A stretch of DNA of 64,000 nucleotides, from the sequence record MK327928.1; one strand, 5' to 3'. The stretch is from Escherichia phage vB_EcoM_G2133. Position numbers and translations under genes: made by a program. The notes below the pieces were generated by a model. The model saw nothing but the letters and a program-made list of their open reading frames with translations. It had not been told where the DNA came from and did no database searches. Of the stretch, positions 27,492 through 37,450 are shown piece by piece; the first letter of the stretch is position 1; each line of letters begins with the position of its first letter.

Positions 27492-27835
27492 CTAGTACTC
27501 AATCCTCGATTATAAGAATCTACCAAACGGTCAACCATTGAATGACAAGCGGCTTTATCTTTCTCCTCCGCAACTGAGCATTCTAAGGTATTCCACTTTT
27601 TAGCATATCGTTTTAACAATGTATCGTTTTTGTATCTGCTTGATTTATCTCTTTCTCCGTCTTTATATGCATATATTAATTTCTGCGCAAATTCAGCTTG
27701 GCATGCTTTATTTTTCCCACAATAATCTGCCGCAGTGCGGTTTACATATTCTCTAATTTCAGTATATGATGTATCTGCTGACGCAGAAGCAGAAAATGAA
27801 ATTAATCCTATACATAAAACCAAAATTTTAGTCAT
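27488..27835 (-). CDS. vs: Vs (valyl-tRNA synthetase modifier), secreted/periplasmic-type
   Basis: 115 aa with an N-terminal signal peptide; size and position match T4 vs. Confidence 0.6.
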   Translation of the reverse strand: MTKILVLCIGLISFSASASADTSYTEIREYVNRTAADYCGKNKACQAEFAQKLIYAYKDGERDKSSRYKNDTLLKRYAKKWNTLECSVAEEKDKAACHSMVDRLVDSYNRGLSTR

Positions 27836-28373
27836 TTACTATTTCCAAAAGTTTATTATTTTTAAGGTAGTTAGCCTTTTCTAGGACTTCAGAAGCATAT
27901 TTAGAACCTGCTTTAACATTCCATCCCGAATTATAAGAGGATATTGCTTTTCTTATATCACCCTTATGTATATTTAACCAATAAGAAAGTTCAATGTACG
28001 CCCAGGAAGCTGAATTGGATCGTTTATTCAACATTCTTTTTATTTCAGCATCGGTCATATTATAACCAAGTTCCTTAACTCTCGCTCGCATAGTAGGCAA
28101 ATAATTTTGGAACATTCCGTAGGCGTGATGCTTTGGTTTAGATTTTAAATTAACTCCGCCAGAGCTTTCTTGCCATAAAATAGCAGCCATTATATGACCT
28201 AATCCGCTCTTGTGGATATTTTTGTGTGTTTTATATTTTCCATCCTTAGAAAATTGTTCCCCGAATTGATACGCGTAACGCATGTTATCGAGTTGGACAT
28301 TACTGAAAGTATGCTCGGAGCTATGTGCCATCATTGAAATGGCCAATAGACCAGCGAGTAGTGCTTTTCTCAT
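27828..28373 (-). CDS. Lytic transglycosylase-like protein (vs.1 position) with signal peptide
   Basis: 181 aa; signal peptide MRKALLAGLLAISMMAHS; AAILWQESSG resembles the catalytic E-S motif of lytic transglycosylases. Confidence 0.55.
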   Translation of the reverse strand: MRKALLAGLLAISMMAHSSEHTFSNVQLDNMRYAYQFGEQFSKDGKYKTHKNIHKSGLGHIMAAILWQESSGGVNLKSKPKHHAYGMFQNYLPTMRARVKELGYNMTDAEIKRMLNKRSNSASWAYIELSYWLNIHKGDIRKAISSYNSGWNVKAGSKYASEVLEKANYLKNNKLLEIVND

Positions 28374-28380
28374 GCTTACC

Positions 28381-28842
28381 TCATTGAGTTTTAATTACTG
28401 CTTTAGAAGCCTTTCCTGGTAAACGACGACTGTTGATAATTGCCATCCTACATTGAAGTGACGGGTCTTTGAACTTCGCGTTAGGTTTACAAACTGTAAA
28501 TCCAAGCCAAAGATTTCCATCTGTGATTTCTAAACGTCCAGGACGATATTCAACCCCATCAATAAAATCCTCGTCAATGTCAGGACGCGGAGGCATACTC
28601 AGGAATTCATTAACTTCTAAAACATGGTCTTTTATTTTATGGAATAATTCAAAAACGTATGTCTCATCAATCTCCCGTTGAATTGCGCGATCAAGAAGAT
28701 GCTGAGAATATTTTAGATGAAACGATGAGACTCCTGCTGCTTTTGATGCCTCACGAATCTCATTGTTAATTTGACGAAACTCCGACTCAAAGTGACGACG
28801 AAGCTTATTTCGACGGATAAAAACTTCTGTATTGATAGTCAT
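28381..28842 (-). CDS. regB: RegB site-specific endoribonuclease
   Basis: 153 aa; sequence MTINTEVFIRRNKLRRHFESEF... recognised as T4 RegB. Confidence 0.75.
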   Translation of the reverse strand: MTINTEVFIRRNKLRRHFESEFRQINNEIREASKAAGVSSFHLKYSQHLLDRAIQREIDETYVFELFHKIKDHVLEVNEFLSMPPRPDIDEDFIDGVEYRPGRLEITDGNLWLGFTVCKPNAKFKDPSLQCRMAIINSRRLPGKASKAVIKTQ

Positions 28843-28869
28843 GTTATTCTCCTCTTAACTGATAGAAAA

Positions 28870-28899
28870 ATTATACCACAGTCAAGAGGAAAAGTAAAC
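28870..28899 (-). promoter_or_regulatory. T4-type early promoter upstream of regB
   Basis: GTTTAC, 18 nt, TATAAT on the minus strand. Confidence 0.5.
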
Positions 28900-28901
28900 A
28901 G

Positions 28902-29180
28902 TTATTCTTTAAATCTGATCAATTTATTCATAGACTTTGAAACTTCTGCACGAACCTCATGTAAGTTTTTAAGCTGTTCAAGACGCTGTTCATAGTAAGC
29001 AATTTCATCTTCTTCGAGACAGTCCTGTGAATCTTCTTTAAGATAGCGTGCATAGTCCTGGAAAGCTTTACGGACTACTTCCTGGAAGTCATCAAGACTT
29101 TGAATTTTCTTAGGAGCAACAGATACACGACGAGGGGCAGTATAATACTCATAACCAAACCCTGCGCTTAATTGAGCCAT
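28902..29180 (-). CDS. Hypothetical small protein (vs.3 position)
   Basis: 92 aa from the ATG at 29180, which overlaps the upstream stop (TAATG). Confidence 0.4.
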   Translation of the reverse strand: MAQLSAGFGYEYYTAPRRVSVAPKKIQSLDDFQEVVRKAFQDYARYLKEDSQDCLEEDEIAYYEQRLEQLKNLHEVRAEVSKSMNKLIRFKE

Positions 29181-29446
29181 TAGTATTTTTCCTCTGGTTG
29201 GAACACTGCGCGACAAGCCCACATACTGGCTTCTTTGAGTTTCGTTTTAGCAATAGTTAACTGATCGAGGCTTTCGGCATAATTCTTCGCGAATTCACAG
29301 TCTTCACAATTATCTAGTGCTTCCCAAAATTCATCGTATAAAGCGTCAAAGATAAGTCCTAAACGAACTTCAGCATCTTTGATAGCATTCACTTTACCGA
29401 TTTTCTCTTCAGTATGTGGCTTATAACCTTTAATATCTTCAATCAT
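29180..29446 (-). CDS. Hypothetical small protein (vs.4 position)
   Basis: 88 aa from the ATG at 29446 with GAGGAAG Shine-Dalgarno. Confidence 0.4.
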   Translation of the reverse strand: MIEDIKGYKPHTEEKIGKVNAIKDAEVRLGLIFDALYDEFWEALDNCEDCEFAKNYAESLDQLTIAKTKLKEASMWACRAVFQPEEKY

Positions 29447-29660
29447 ATTTGACTTCCTCACCAGTACATAAATCATATTCAACTAAACGAATAGGTTCAT
29501 GAATGCCATATCCTTGAACAGAAATTTCTGTCGTAGGATAAATTCCATCAATATCACCCATGGTCCACGCTTCATTAAATTGCTGTTCGCCTGAATTACT
29601 AAACCACTCGGCGAAAGCATTTAGCACATCTTTAGAACCTTCAATAATTATCTTTGCCAT
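29439..29660 (-). CDS. Hypothetical small acidic protein (vs.5 position)
   Basis: 73 aa; ATG overlaps the stop of the GrcA-like gene (TAATG). Confidence 0.4.
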   Translation of the reverse strand: MAKIIIEGSKDVLNAFAEWFSNSGEQQFNEAWTMGDIDGIYPTTEISVQGYGIHEPIRLVEYDLCTGEEVKYD

Positions 29661-30022
29661 TACAAACTCTCAGTAAAGGTACGAGCGATAACGTCGCGCT
29701 GCTGTTCCGGAGTCAGAGAGTTAAAGCGAACTGCATAACCGGATACACGGATGGTCAGCTGCGGATATTTTTCCGGATGCTTAACTGCATCTTCCAGAGT
29801 TTCACGACGCAGAACGTTAACGTTCAGGTGTTGACCACCTTCAATTTTAACTGTAGGCTGTTGCTCAATTTCAATTTCACGGGCATGCAAACCGTAGAAA
29901 ATTTCTGGGTCTACAAAAGAGTCCTCTTTAAAGGTTTTAGAGACAATAATTCGTGCTTGAATACCATCTTCAAAATAAATAGTACCTTTATGTGTGCCTT
30001 CAAGAATTTGATATGCTTTCAT
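29660..30022 (-). CDS. Autonomous glycyl-radical cofactor (GrcA/YfiD-like)
   Basis: 120 aa; C-terminal ~60 residues ([59 protein letters not shown]) carry the RVSGYAV glycyl-radical signature and look essentially identical to E. coli GrcA. Confidence 0.8.
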   Translation of the reverse strand: MKAYQILEGTHKGTIYFEDGIQARIIVSKTFKEDSFVDPEIFYGLHAREIEIEQQPTVKIEGGQHLNVNVLRRETLEDAVKHPEKYPQLTIRVSGYAVRFNSLTPEQQRDVIARTFTESL

Positions 30023-30029
30023 ATAAACC

Positions 30030-30359
30030 TCAATTAGAAAATAAATTTATCCAAGATTGTTCTTTAATTAAAAACGGCTCAGAATCATATGCCATTAAAC
30101 TCTGTGTGATTAGTCCTTTAAAAGGTCCATCAATAAATTCCATGGTAAAATATGGAATTTTATTCATTAGCCGTGCATTAGGAGCAGTACATAAAACTCT
30201 GCATCCTTTGAATACGCCTTTTTGTAATTTGTATTGCTTGGGATAAAATTCGCTCAAAATATTATTATTCGCTAAAATTTCAAAATGATTCACCAATTTA
30301 TTTTTAATAGTTTTTGGCGAAAAATAAAGATATTCGAAAAGCTGAGTGTCTGTCATCAT
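30030..30359 (-). CDS. Hypothetical protein (vs.7 position)
   Basis: Start at the ATGATG at 30359, overlapping the upstream stop. Confidence 0.4.
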   Translation of the reverse strand: MMTDTQLFEYLYFSPKTIKNKLVNHFEILANNNILSEFYPKQYKLQKGVFKGCRVLCTAPNARLMNKIPYFTMEFIDGPFKGLITQSLMAYDSEPFLIKEQSWINLFSN

Positions 30360-30943
30360 TGCATTCCGATTACGAAAAACTGTGGACGAGTAATACCACC
30401 AATACAACAGTTAATATTACAGCAGCAGTGTACAGTGTCAATATGGACACTATAAATCTTATCCATATCAGGAGATTTGACAGGCTCATCAATTATATAC
30501 AAAATTCGCGAAAGCGATAAACCTCTGAACTTGCTTCCTTTATTACCTATAAAACTGCGCACAGAATCAGTAAATAAACGAAAACGTATATCATCATTAG
30601 AATAACGCGAAAATTCCTTTTTAATGTTATTTGCAGAAATTTTAGCGTAAGCTGAAGTATTAGAAAGAACAATAACTGTTCCGCCATCATACAGCCAATT
30701 AGCAGCAAAGTTAGTCACAGCAATTGATTTACCGGATTGACGTCCACCATCTAGTCGAAGTGTGCAATACTGTTTAAGTAAATCTTCAAATGGCGGAATA
30801 TATTCGTTTTTACAAATTTCTTCTACTCTAGCATCAGAATGGTGTGTAAAAGCATTCATCAGGGATAGATAAGGTCCAGTTAAAAATGTTCTCATTTTAT
30901 TCTCTCTAAATTTGGGCCATTCCATGGCGCATGAATTGTCCAT
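30356..30943 (-). CDS. Hypothetical P-loop protein with Cys-rich C-terminus (vs.8 position)
   Basis: Start at the ATG at 30943 (GGAGGGGG Shine-Dalgarno); Walker-A-like GGRQSGKS and LYIIDEP. Confidence 0.45.
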   Translation of the reverse strand: MDNSCAMEWPKFRENKMRTFLTGPYLSLMNAFTHHSDARVEEICKNEYIPPFEDLLKQYCTLRLDGGRQSGKSIAVTNFAANWLYDGGTVIVLSNTSAYAKISANNIKKEFSRYSNDDIRFRLFTDSVRSFIGNKGSKFRGLSLSRILYIIDEPVKSPDMDKIYSVHIDTVHCCCNINCCIGGITRPQFFVIGMQ

Positions 30944-30976
30944 TTCTGTATTTACCCCCTCCAAGTAATTATGATT

Positions 30977-31006
30977 ATACTATCACAATTCTAGGAGAAA
31001 GTAAAC
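30977..31006 (-). promoter_or_regulatory. Possible early promoter
   Basis: GTTTAC present; the -10 element is ambiguous (TAGTAT at 18 nt or TATAAT at 21 nt). Confidence 0.35.
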
Positions 31007-31008
31007 TG

Positions 31009-31311
31009 TTATTTACCTTTAATTACTTTAGCTGCTTCGATAGCCGCTTGCTGAAGGTCATCCATAGACATACCGAATTTAGAAGCAAAGTTATCAATTT
31101 TCTTTTCGACAGCATTCAAAGGCTTGGCCTGTTTACCTTCATTAGCGCCAGGAAGAGCGAGAATACGCTCTTTGTCAATATAAAGGCTTACAAGTTTCTT
31201 ACGGTCTTTATCGGACAAATCATGAAATGAATGGGCCTTTTTATTTATAGCGGCTTCTAATTTACCTGCACTCACTCGCGCTTCAGTAATAAATTCTTGA
31301 TATGTTTTCAT
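31009..31311 (-). CDS. ipII: Internal protein II (capsid-targeted, injected)
   Basis: 100 aa; N-terminal capsid-targeting sequence MKTYQEFITEA. Confidence 0.75.
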   Translation of the reverse strand: MKTYQEFITEARVSAGKLEAAINKKAHSFHDLSDKDRKKLVSLYIDKERILALPGANEGKQAKPLNAVEKKIDNFASKFGMSMDDLQQAAIEAAKVIKGK

Positions 31312-31352
31312 ATGTTTCCTTTAAATGTAAATAGGTCTGAGTATTAGCTTTA

Positions 31353-31931
31353 TTAGGAATTACGGGCTGCATTAGCAACGGCGTAAGCGTACTGAACATT
31401 AGCGTCTTTAAACGTACCTTTAGAGGTATCTAGTTCTGCCTTAAAGCCGCCTTTAGTCATAACATCGGCAAATTCTTTACGGAAAGCCATTGCATCAAGA
31501 CTTCTCCATAATGATTTGTGCTTGGCGAATTCAAGACCAGCGTAGTTGACAGCCTTAGCTAATTTGTTATCAATAACCCATTTACCAGCTTTAGGCACAA
31601 ACACCGGGCCTTTCTGTTTAGAGAACAGTTTTAAATTCCAGCGACGAAGGTCACCGTCGGCTTTAACAAAAGCTGCGTCTAAGTTACTAGCAACAACATC
31701 CTGAATATGGCCAAATTTAAGCCCATCAACTTCAATATTTAGATCGGTACGCCAGCGAAGTCCTTCCCAAGCGAAAGCTTTAAAGTCGGAAGCCTTTGTA
31801 GCTAAGTACCGTTCAATAGGAGCTGTTTTAGGGTCAAAGCCGTTTCCCGATCGGTAGGTCCACTCATCTTTATTAATGCCTTTGGCCTTTACTACAGAAG
31901 CTTCGGCAATAAATTCTTGATATGTTTTCAT
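31353..31931 (-). CDS. ipIII: Internal protein III
   Basis: 192 aa; N-terminal MKTYQEFIAEA, and the body matches T4 IPIII as I recall it. Confidence 0.8.
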   Translation of the reverse strand: MKTYQEFIAEASVVKAKGINKDEWTYRSGNGFDPKTAPIERYLATKASDFKAFAWEGLRWRTDLNIEVDGLKFGHIQDVVASNLDAAFVKADGDLRRWNLKLFSKQKGPVFVPKAGKWVIDNKLAKAVNYAGLEFAKHKSLWRSLDAMAFRKEFADVMTKGGFKAELDTSKGTFKDANVQYAYAVANAARNS

Positions 31932-31959
31932 GTGTTTCCTTGTTTGTTTTGATAGAGTA

Positions 31960-31989
31960 ATTATACCATATTAATACTTAAGCGTAAAC
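31960..31989 (-). promoter_or_regulatory. T4-type early promoter upstream of ipIII
   Basis: GTTTAC, 18 nt, TATAAT (preceded by TGG) on the minus strand. Confidence 0.6.
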
Positions 31990-32069
31990 CGTTTAAGCTT
32001 TACCGCCAGAAATAATTCCGAAGTTGTTAAAATCATATCCAATATCGTCAACATCTACTTTAGGACTTG

Positions 32070-32252
32070 CTACAACATAAGCAATTTCACTACGTTTGCA
32101 TAGGTGTTGATTTCTTTACCATCGCCACCTAAGAAAGAATACCCATTACGTTTTAATGAGCCAAAGTCTTCCACATCACCAATGAAAGCTTTAACTTTAA
32201 ATTTAGAACCTTTGGCATCTGCTTCAACGATAAATTCTTGATACATTTTCAT
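32070..32252 (-). pseudogene. Truncated IP-like gene (capsid-targeting leader, then early stop)
   Basis: Starts MKMYQEFIVEA but terminates after 60 codons; the downstream sequence stays open in another frame. Confidence 0.4.
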
Positions 32253-32258
32253 TTTTCC

Positions 32259-32672
32259 TTAGTAAATTGATTTACCAAAGTATTTGTACCAAGTCGGACG
32301 TTGAGCAATTTTTTCATCTAAGCGTGCTTGACTTATCGCAATGGACGCTTCGGACGGGACATAATTATTACGAAATTCTACAGGAATGTCGGAAATATCC
32401 TGGACTGTCGTGTCCTTGATTTTGAAACCACGTTTCAAACATTCAGCGATTAGCTCGATTTGACGTAAACGTAAAAATTCGAGTTTGTCGTAAAAGAATG
32501 TTACGTGACCTGTGCCTAAGATAAATGTTGGAGAGATTTTAAAATCCTTTACACGTTTACCGTTTTGAACATGTTTACGGACTGCACCAAATACGCGTGG
32601 TAATTCACGATACTCAGCCATAAGATGTTGGTCGGTCAATTCAAAAACAAGTGTTAAATTGATACGGGTCAT
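32259..32672 (-). CDS. denV: Endonuclease V (pyrimidine-dimer DNA glycosylase) DenV
   Basis: Start at the ATG at 32672; MTRINLTLV...[19 protein letters not shown] matches T4 endonuclease V. Confidence 0.88.
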   Translation of the reverse strand: MTRINLTLVFELTDQHLMAEYRELPRVFGAVRKHVQNGKRVKDFKISPTFILGTGHVTFFYDKLEFLRLRQIELIAECLKRGFKIKDTTVQDISDIPVEFRNNYVPSEASIAISQARLDEKIAQRPTWYKYFGKSIY

Positions 32673-32699
32673 AATTTCCTCCAAGTAGTTGATGAATGT

Positions 32700-32729
32700 A
32701 TAGTATCAAAACCCTTGGAGGAAGTAAAC
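32700..32729 (-). promoter_or_regulatory. T4-type early promoter upstream of denV
   Basis: GTTTAC, 18 nt, TACTAT on the minus strand. Confidence 0.55.
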
Positions 32730-32731
32730 AA

Positions 32732-33972
<1,241 letters not shown>

Positions 33973-33976
<4 letters not shown>

Positions 33977-34335
33977 TTTAATTTCCTGCAATCACTCACA
34001 AACTCTTTCATTGATTCATTTTCAATATAAGACATGTAGCTATTATATTCTTTTAATTGTATTTTGTAATCCTTTTTTCTTTGCCAATTTATTTTAAAAT
34101 TATCATAATGAAAATATAACATGGTACCAAAGAATGAAAATAATGAAATCGCTATAGTATAACGAAGTTCACTCCAAACCTCTGTTATAATTACTGTGCC
34201 GTCGATGTTTAAAATAAGATAGTCAATTAACAATCCAAAAAGACTACCTGCAAGAGCTGCAGCCAACGCCACAGCAAAAATTAAAAATGACTCAGGAAAC
34301 GAATATTTGACTTTATTTAGTTTTGGTTTTTGCAT
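33973..34335 (-). CDS. Membrane protein (e.2 position)
   Basis: 120 aa with two hydrophobic helices. Confidence 0.45.
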
Positions 34336-34709
34336 CGTGATTCCTTAACAAATTTCATAATTTCATCAAATTCATACATATCTAGCTTAAGCTGGTGTTC
34401 CTTTTTGATCTTTTTACACTGAGCTTTCCATTCACGTACACGTTTACGATAATGCCTTCCTTGATACCAATATCCTACCCAATTTACAGGTACTAATAAA
34501 AATGGAACTACTAATGGAAGAATTAATACTAACAGAAATATTACGTCAGATTCAATATCAGTCATAAAGTCTATAACCATTCCAACAATCAATAGAATTA
34601 CAAATGATATAAGTATAACAGGACCTATTAATACATCAGTAGAAATTATCTGGTGCTTTGGCTCATACTTCAAAGGTTTACTTGGAAGGTATAGTGATGG
34701 TTTTGACAT
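34317..34709 (-). CDS. Membrane protein (e.3 position)
   Basis: Start at the ATG at 34709; two hydrophobic helices. Confidence 0.45.
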   Translation of the reverse strand: MSKPSLYLPSKPLKYEPKHQIISTDVLIGPVILISFVILLIVGMVIDFMTDIESDVIFLLVLILPLVVPFLLVPVNWVGYWYQGRHYRKRVREWKAQCKKIKKEHQLKLDMYEFDEIMKFVKESRCKNQN

Positions 34710-35292
34710 ATTCTCTGCATTCCTTAACAAATTTTTCTAGTAATAAATCACTTTCAAAATTAGGATTTTCCACGAATTTATCAAAAAGATCATCAACAAT
34801 AGTCAAGATATTTCTTTTACTAAGAATACGTTTATTTTCATGTTTCGTTTCAGAATCAACTATAAGAGTAAAGAAATATTTCTTTCCCTGAAATTTTACT
34901 GTAGTATCAATATAAAATAAATTTGACTTTTGTAAATTACGTTTAAACCATGCGTCACTTAAACTATAAACACCGAGATAATCAAAATCGTCGTTTAAAT
35001 AACAAACTGTCCATTCAGGAGAAATGAAATCAGTAAATTCAACATCAAAATCACACGTCAATGAATGAATTGATTCAATACTGTTAATGAGTATTCCAGG
35101 ACGTATTAAAGACTTTTTACCTCTAGAAAATCTTCCGGAAAGGCTTTCATCAGTTTCATATGAAGACCCCCAATAGTAATTACGTCCTTCTGCCATGCGT
35201 TTAAGAGCATTTAGTAATTGGTCTGGAACATCAACCTGTCTTTGGAACTCTTCAAACATTGAATTGAAATCACTTTGCATTTTCATTTTCAT
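34678..35292 (-). CDS. Hypothetical protein
   Basis: 204-aa ORF with ATG start. Confidence 0.5.
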   Translation of the reverse strand: MKMKMQSDFNSMFEEFQRQVDVPDQLLNALKRMAEGRNYYWGSSYETDESLSGRFSRGKKSLIRPGILINSIESIHSLTCDFDVEFTDFISPEWTVCYLNDDFDYLGVYSLSDAWFKRNLQKSNLFYIDTTVKFQGKKYFFTLIVDSETKHENKRILSKRNILTIVDDLFDKFVENPNFESDLLLEKFVKECREYVKTITIPSK

Positions 35293-35311
35293 TCCTATTT
35301 ACTCCAAGTAA

Positions 35312-35329
35312 TAGGGGCCGAAGCCCCTT
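35312..35329 (-). other. Stem-loop (GGGGC-tetraloop-GCCCC) between genes
   Basis: Perfect inverted repeat with a 4-nt loop; no clear U-tract. Confidence 0.35.
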
Positions 35330-35333
35330 ATCA

Positions 35334-35927
35334 TTATTTCAGAGAATTAATGTATTCCTGAACATCGGCAGAGGTAGTTTCAACCCCAGAAATATTACCG
35401 TTAAAGGTTTCAACTCGAGCAAGGGTATCTTCAATATCAACCTTAGTCAGTGCTGCAATTTCAACTACATCATCGGCAGTACTAATTCCAAGGGCATTTG
35501 CTGCACGAGTTTCACGGATATATTCCAATTTAACCGCAAGTTCTTGACGAGCATCATCTAACTCAACTACTTTCTTGGCGATTTCAATTCGCATTTCAGC
35601 ATAACCGTCAGCCTTAGTAGTCAACTGCTCAGCTGTTCGACGATATAGTAAACCGAGTTTAGCATGCATTGTTACATCTTGACCTTCGGAAAGAAGTTTA
35701 CGAATTTCACGCTCTTTTGATTCGGCTTGTCGATTCTTTTCGACAATAAGTTCACGAATACGTTTTTCTTCATTAATAGATTTAACAGAAGCAGTTTTTA
35801 GATCTTTAATTTTATCAAGTAGTTTTGCTGCTGCAGCAGTATACTGTTCTTCGACAGATAGATTTTTAGCCATAGCAGAACCAAGTTTAGTGCGAATAAA
35901 CTCAACAATTTTCTTCAGTGTGTTCAT
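35334..35927 (-). CDS. Hypothetical coiled-coil protein
   Basis: 197-aa ORF rich in charged heptad-like segments. Confidence 0.5.
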   Translation of the reverse strand: MNTLKKIVEFIRTKLGSAMAKNLSVEEQYTAAAAKLLDKIKDLKTASVKSINEEKRIRELIVEKNRQAESKEREIRKLLSEGQDVTMHAKLGLLYRRTAEQLTTKADGYAEMRIEIAKKVVELDDARQELAVKLEYIRETRAANALGISTADDVVEIAALTKVDIEDTLARVETFNGNISGVETTSADVQEYINSLK

Positions 35928-35969
35928 AGTATTTCCTTAGGTTGATTAAGATTTAAAATCTGTGGAAGA

Positions 35970-35999
35970 ATTATATCATGCTATTTAAGAGGTGTAAAC
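35970..35999 (-). promoter_or_regulatory. T4-type early promoter
   Basis: GTTTAC, 18 nt, TATAAT on the minus strand. Confidence 0.55.
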
Positions 36000-36501
36000 T
36001 ATTTTTAATTTTACAAATTCGTTCAGCTTCTTCAACAGCGGCGGCGATAATGCTTTTAGCTATAGGAGTACTAATACTAGTAGCTTTTACACTTAACACG
36101 ATTTCTTTATCTTTACCAGGCCAACCCCACGTTTTTTCACCGTGAGTGCCTTTAATTACAGCAAACACCTCAAGTGAGCATCCATTATCACATGTTTTTA
36201 CATTAACAACCCAAGGGTCACTTTTCTCAACCGGTTTATCAATCGGTTTATCCCAGTAAATATTAAGAATACGTGGGACATCAAATTTAGCAGGGCAAAT
36301 CTTAACCGTAAGACCTTCGCTTTCTAGCCAATTAATAAGAGGGCGTTCATACATGCGACGATGTGGGCTTTGGACTCGACAAGCCTTGTGCCCATTGCTT
36401 GCGGCTTCACTAAGTTGTTCTAATACCTGCTTTTGCATTATTGATAAGATACCATCAAAAGATTTTTCGGAAGTTTCATTTAGTTCGGTATAAAGAGACA
36501 T
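35971..36501 (-). CDS. Hypothetical protein
   Basis: Start at the ATG at 36501. Confidence 0.5.
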   Translation of the reverse strand: MSLYTELNETSEKSFDGILSIMQKQVLEQLSEAASNGHKACRVQSPHRRMYERPLINWLESEGLTVKICPAKFDVPRILNIYWDKPIDKPVEKSDPWVVNVKTCDNGCSLEVFAVIKGTHGEKTWGWPGKDKEIVLSVKATSISTPIAKSIIAAAVEEAERICKIKNSLHLLNSMI

Positions 36502-36527
36502 AACAGTTTTCCTCAAGTTACAGGCTC

Positions 36528-36557
36528 ATAATATCTCAATCATGAGCCTGTGTAAAC
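36528..36557 (-). promoter_or_regulatory. T4-type early promoter
   Basis: GTTTAC, 18 nt, TATTAT on the minus strand. Confidence 0.5.
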
Positions 36558-36821
36558 TTATTTCATATTATTGAAATATTCTTCTGCGATTTCGTCGTTA
36601 TCATGGTAAACTTTAGAAGACAGTTTAACATAACCTTCAGCAGTGAACATATTAATCACAACCTTTACAGTATACCACTGACCATCTTCATTACCCATTA
36701 CTGCGTAAGTTTCAAACATCGGATGGTCAGGACCGATAACTTTAATATCATTCACTGTACGACCGAAATCTTCTGAAACGCATTTCATAAAGAAGTTGAA
36801 CAGTTCACCGTAATTATCCAT
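36558..36821 (-). CDS. Hypothetical small protein
   Basis: Start at the ATG at 36821 (GGAGAATGAA Shine-Dalgarno). Confidence 0.45.
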   Translation of the reverse strand: MDNYGELFNFFMKCVSEDFGRTVNDIKVIGPDHPMFETYAVMGNEDGQWYTVKVVINMFTAEGYVKLSSKVYHDNDEIAEEYFNNMK

Positions 36822-36864
36822 TTCATTCTCCAAGTTGTTTTCTGTATCAGTAGTTGATAGTTAT

Positions 36865-36894
36865 ATAGTACCATGGAAGAACAGGGATGTAAAC
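36865..36894 (-). promoter_or_regulatory. T4-type early promoter
   Basis: GTTTAC, 18 nt, TACTAT, followed by the CAACTATCAACTAC box. Confidence 0.55.
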
Positions 36895-37020
36895 CGTTTT
36901 GTGAAAAAATTTTTAAAAAGTTTTAGGGAATTCTAGGGTCAGGAGGGGCAATTAAAAGATAGGATAATATATTATAAAGGGTATAAACTAAATGATGCCT
37001 AGAGAGGCTCGGAAAGGCCT

Positions 37021-37054
37021 AGATACCAAAAAGCCCCAACCTTTCGGTCGGGGC
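37021..37054 (-). terminator. Intrinsic terminator closing the tRNA/stable-RNA transcription unit
   Basis: 9-bp stem (one mismatch) with a GAAA loop followed by U5 on the minus-strand RNA. Confidence 0.6.
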
Positions 37055-37059
37055 TAAGC

Positions 37060-37370
37060 CTTGCGGCAACCTTGTCGGGGTTCCACCTGCTAAGGCAAGT
37101 GTTTGTACGAAACGCCGGGATTCGAACCCGGTTATTAAGCAGTTGACGCTACTCAATATTTTAAAAGGCCATATCTCGACCATATCCGAACGTTCCGTCA
37201 AAAACGCTACTCGGCTTATGGCAAAGATATTTCCTCGAATCGATAATTCGGTGCGCCGTTTCTGCTGTGATATAAGGGGGGCATTAACAAAACATAAAGA
37301 TTTATTAATGCCAGTCCTTAAACAGGGAACATCAGTCCGACGACTTACCGGTAGCGACCCGGTTTCTTGT
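37060..37370 (-). ncRNA. Probable stable small RNA region (positional equivalent of the T4 species 1/2 stable RNAs), includes a tRNA-like T-arm
   Basis: No convincing ORF; GC-rich structured sequence with GGTTCGAATCC at about 37112-37132; lies between tRNA-Arg and the terminator. Confidence 0.3.
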
Positions 37371-37371
37371 C

Positions 37372-37447
37372 TGGTCGAGGCAGTAGGGATCGAACCTACG
37401 ACCCAGGACTTAGAAGGTCCTTGCTCTTCCTTCTGAGCTATGCCCCG
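37372..37447 (-). tRNA. tRNA-Arg (anticodon UCU), CCA encoded
   Basis: Manual fold: acceptor CGGGGCA/TGCCTCG, anticodon loop CTTCTAA, T-arm GGTTCGATCC, 3' ACCA. Confidence 0.85.
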
Positions 37448-37450
37448 TAA

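Noticed and set aside
37019-37436. ORFs 37019..37201 (minus) and 37143..37436 (plus)
   Set aside because: They fall in the tRNA-Arg / stable-RNA / terminator region; the sequence is structured RNA, not coding.
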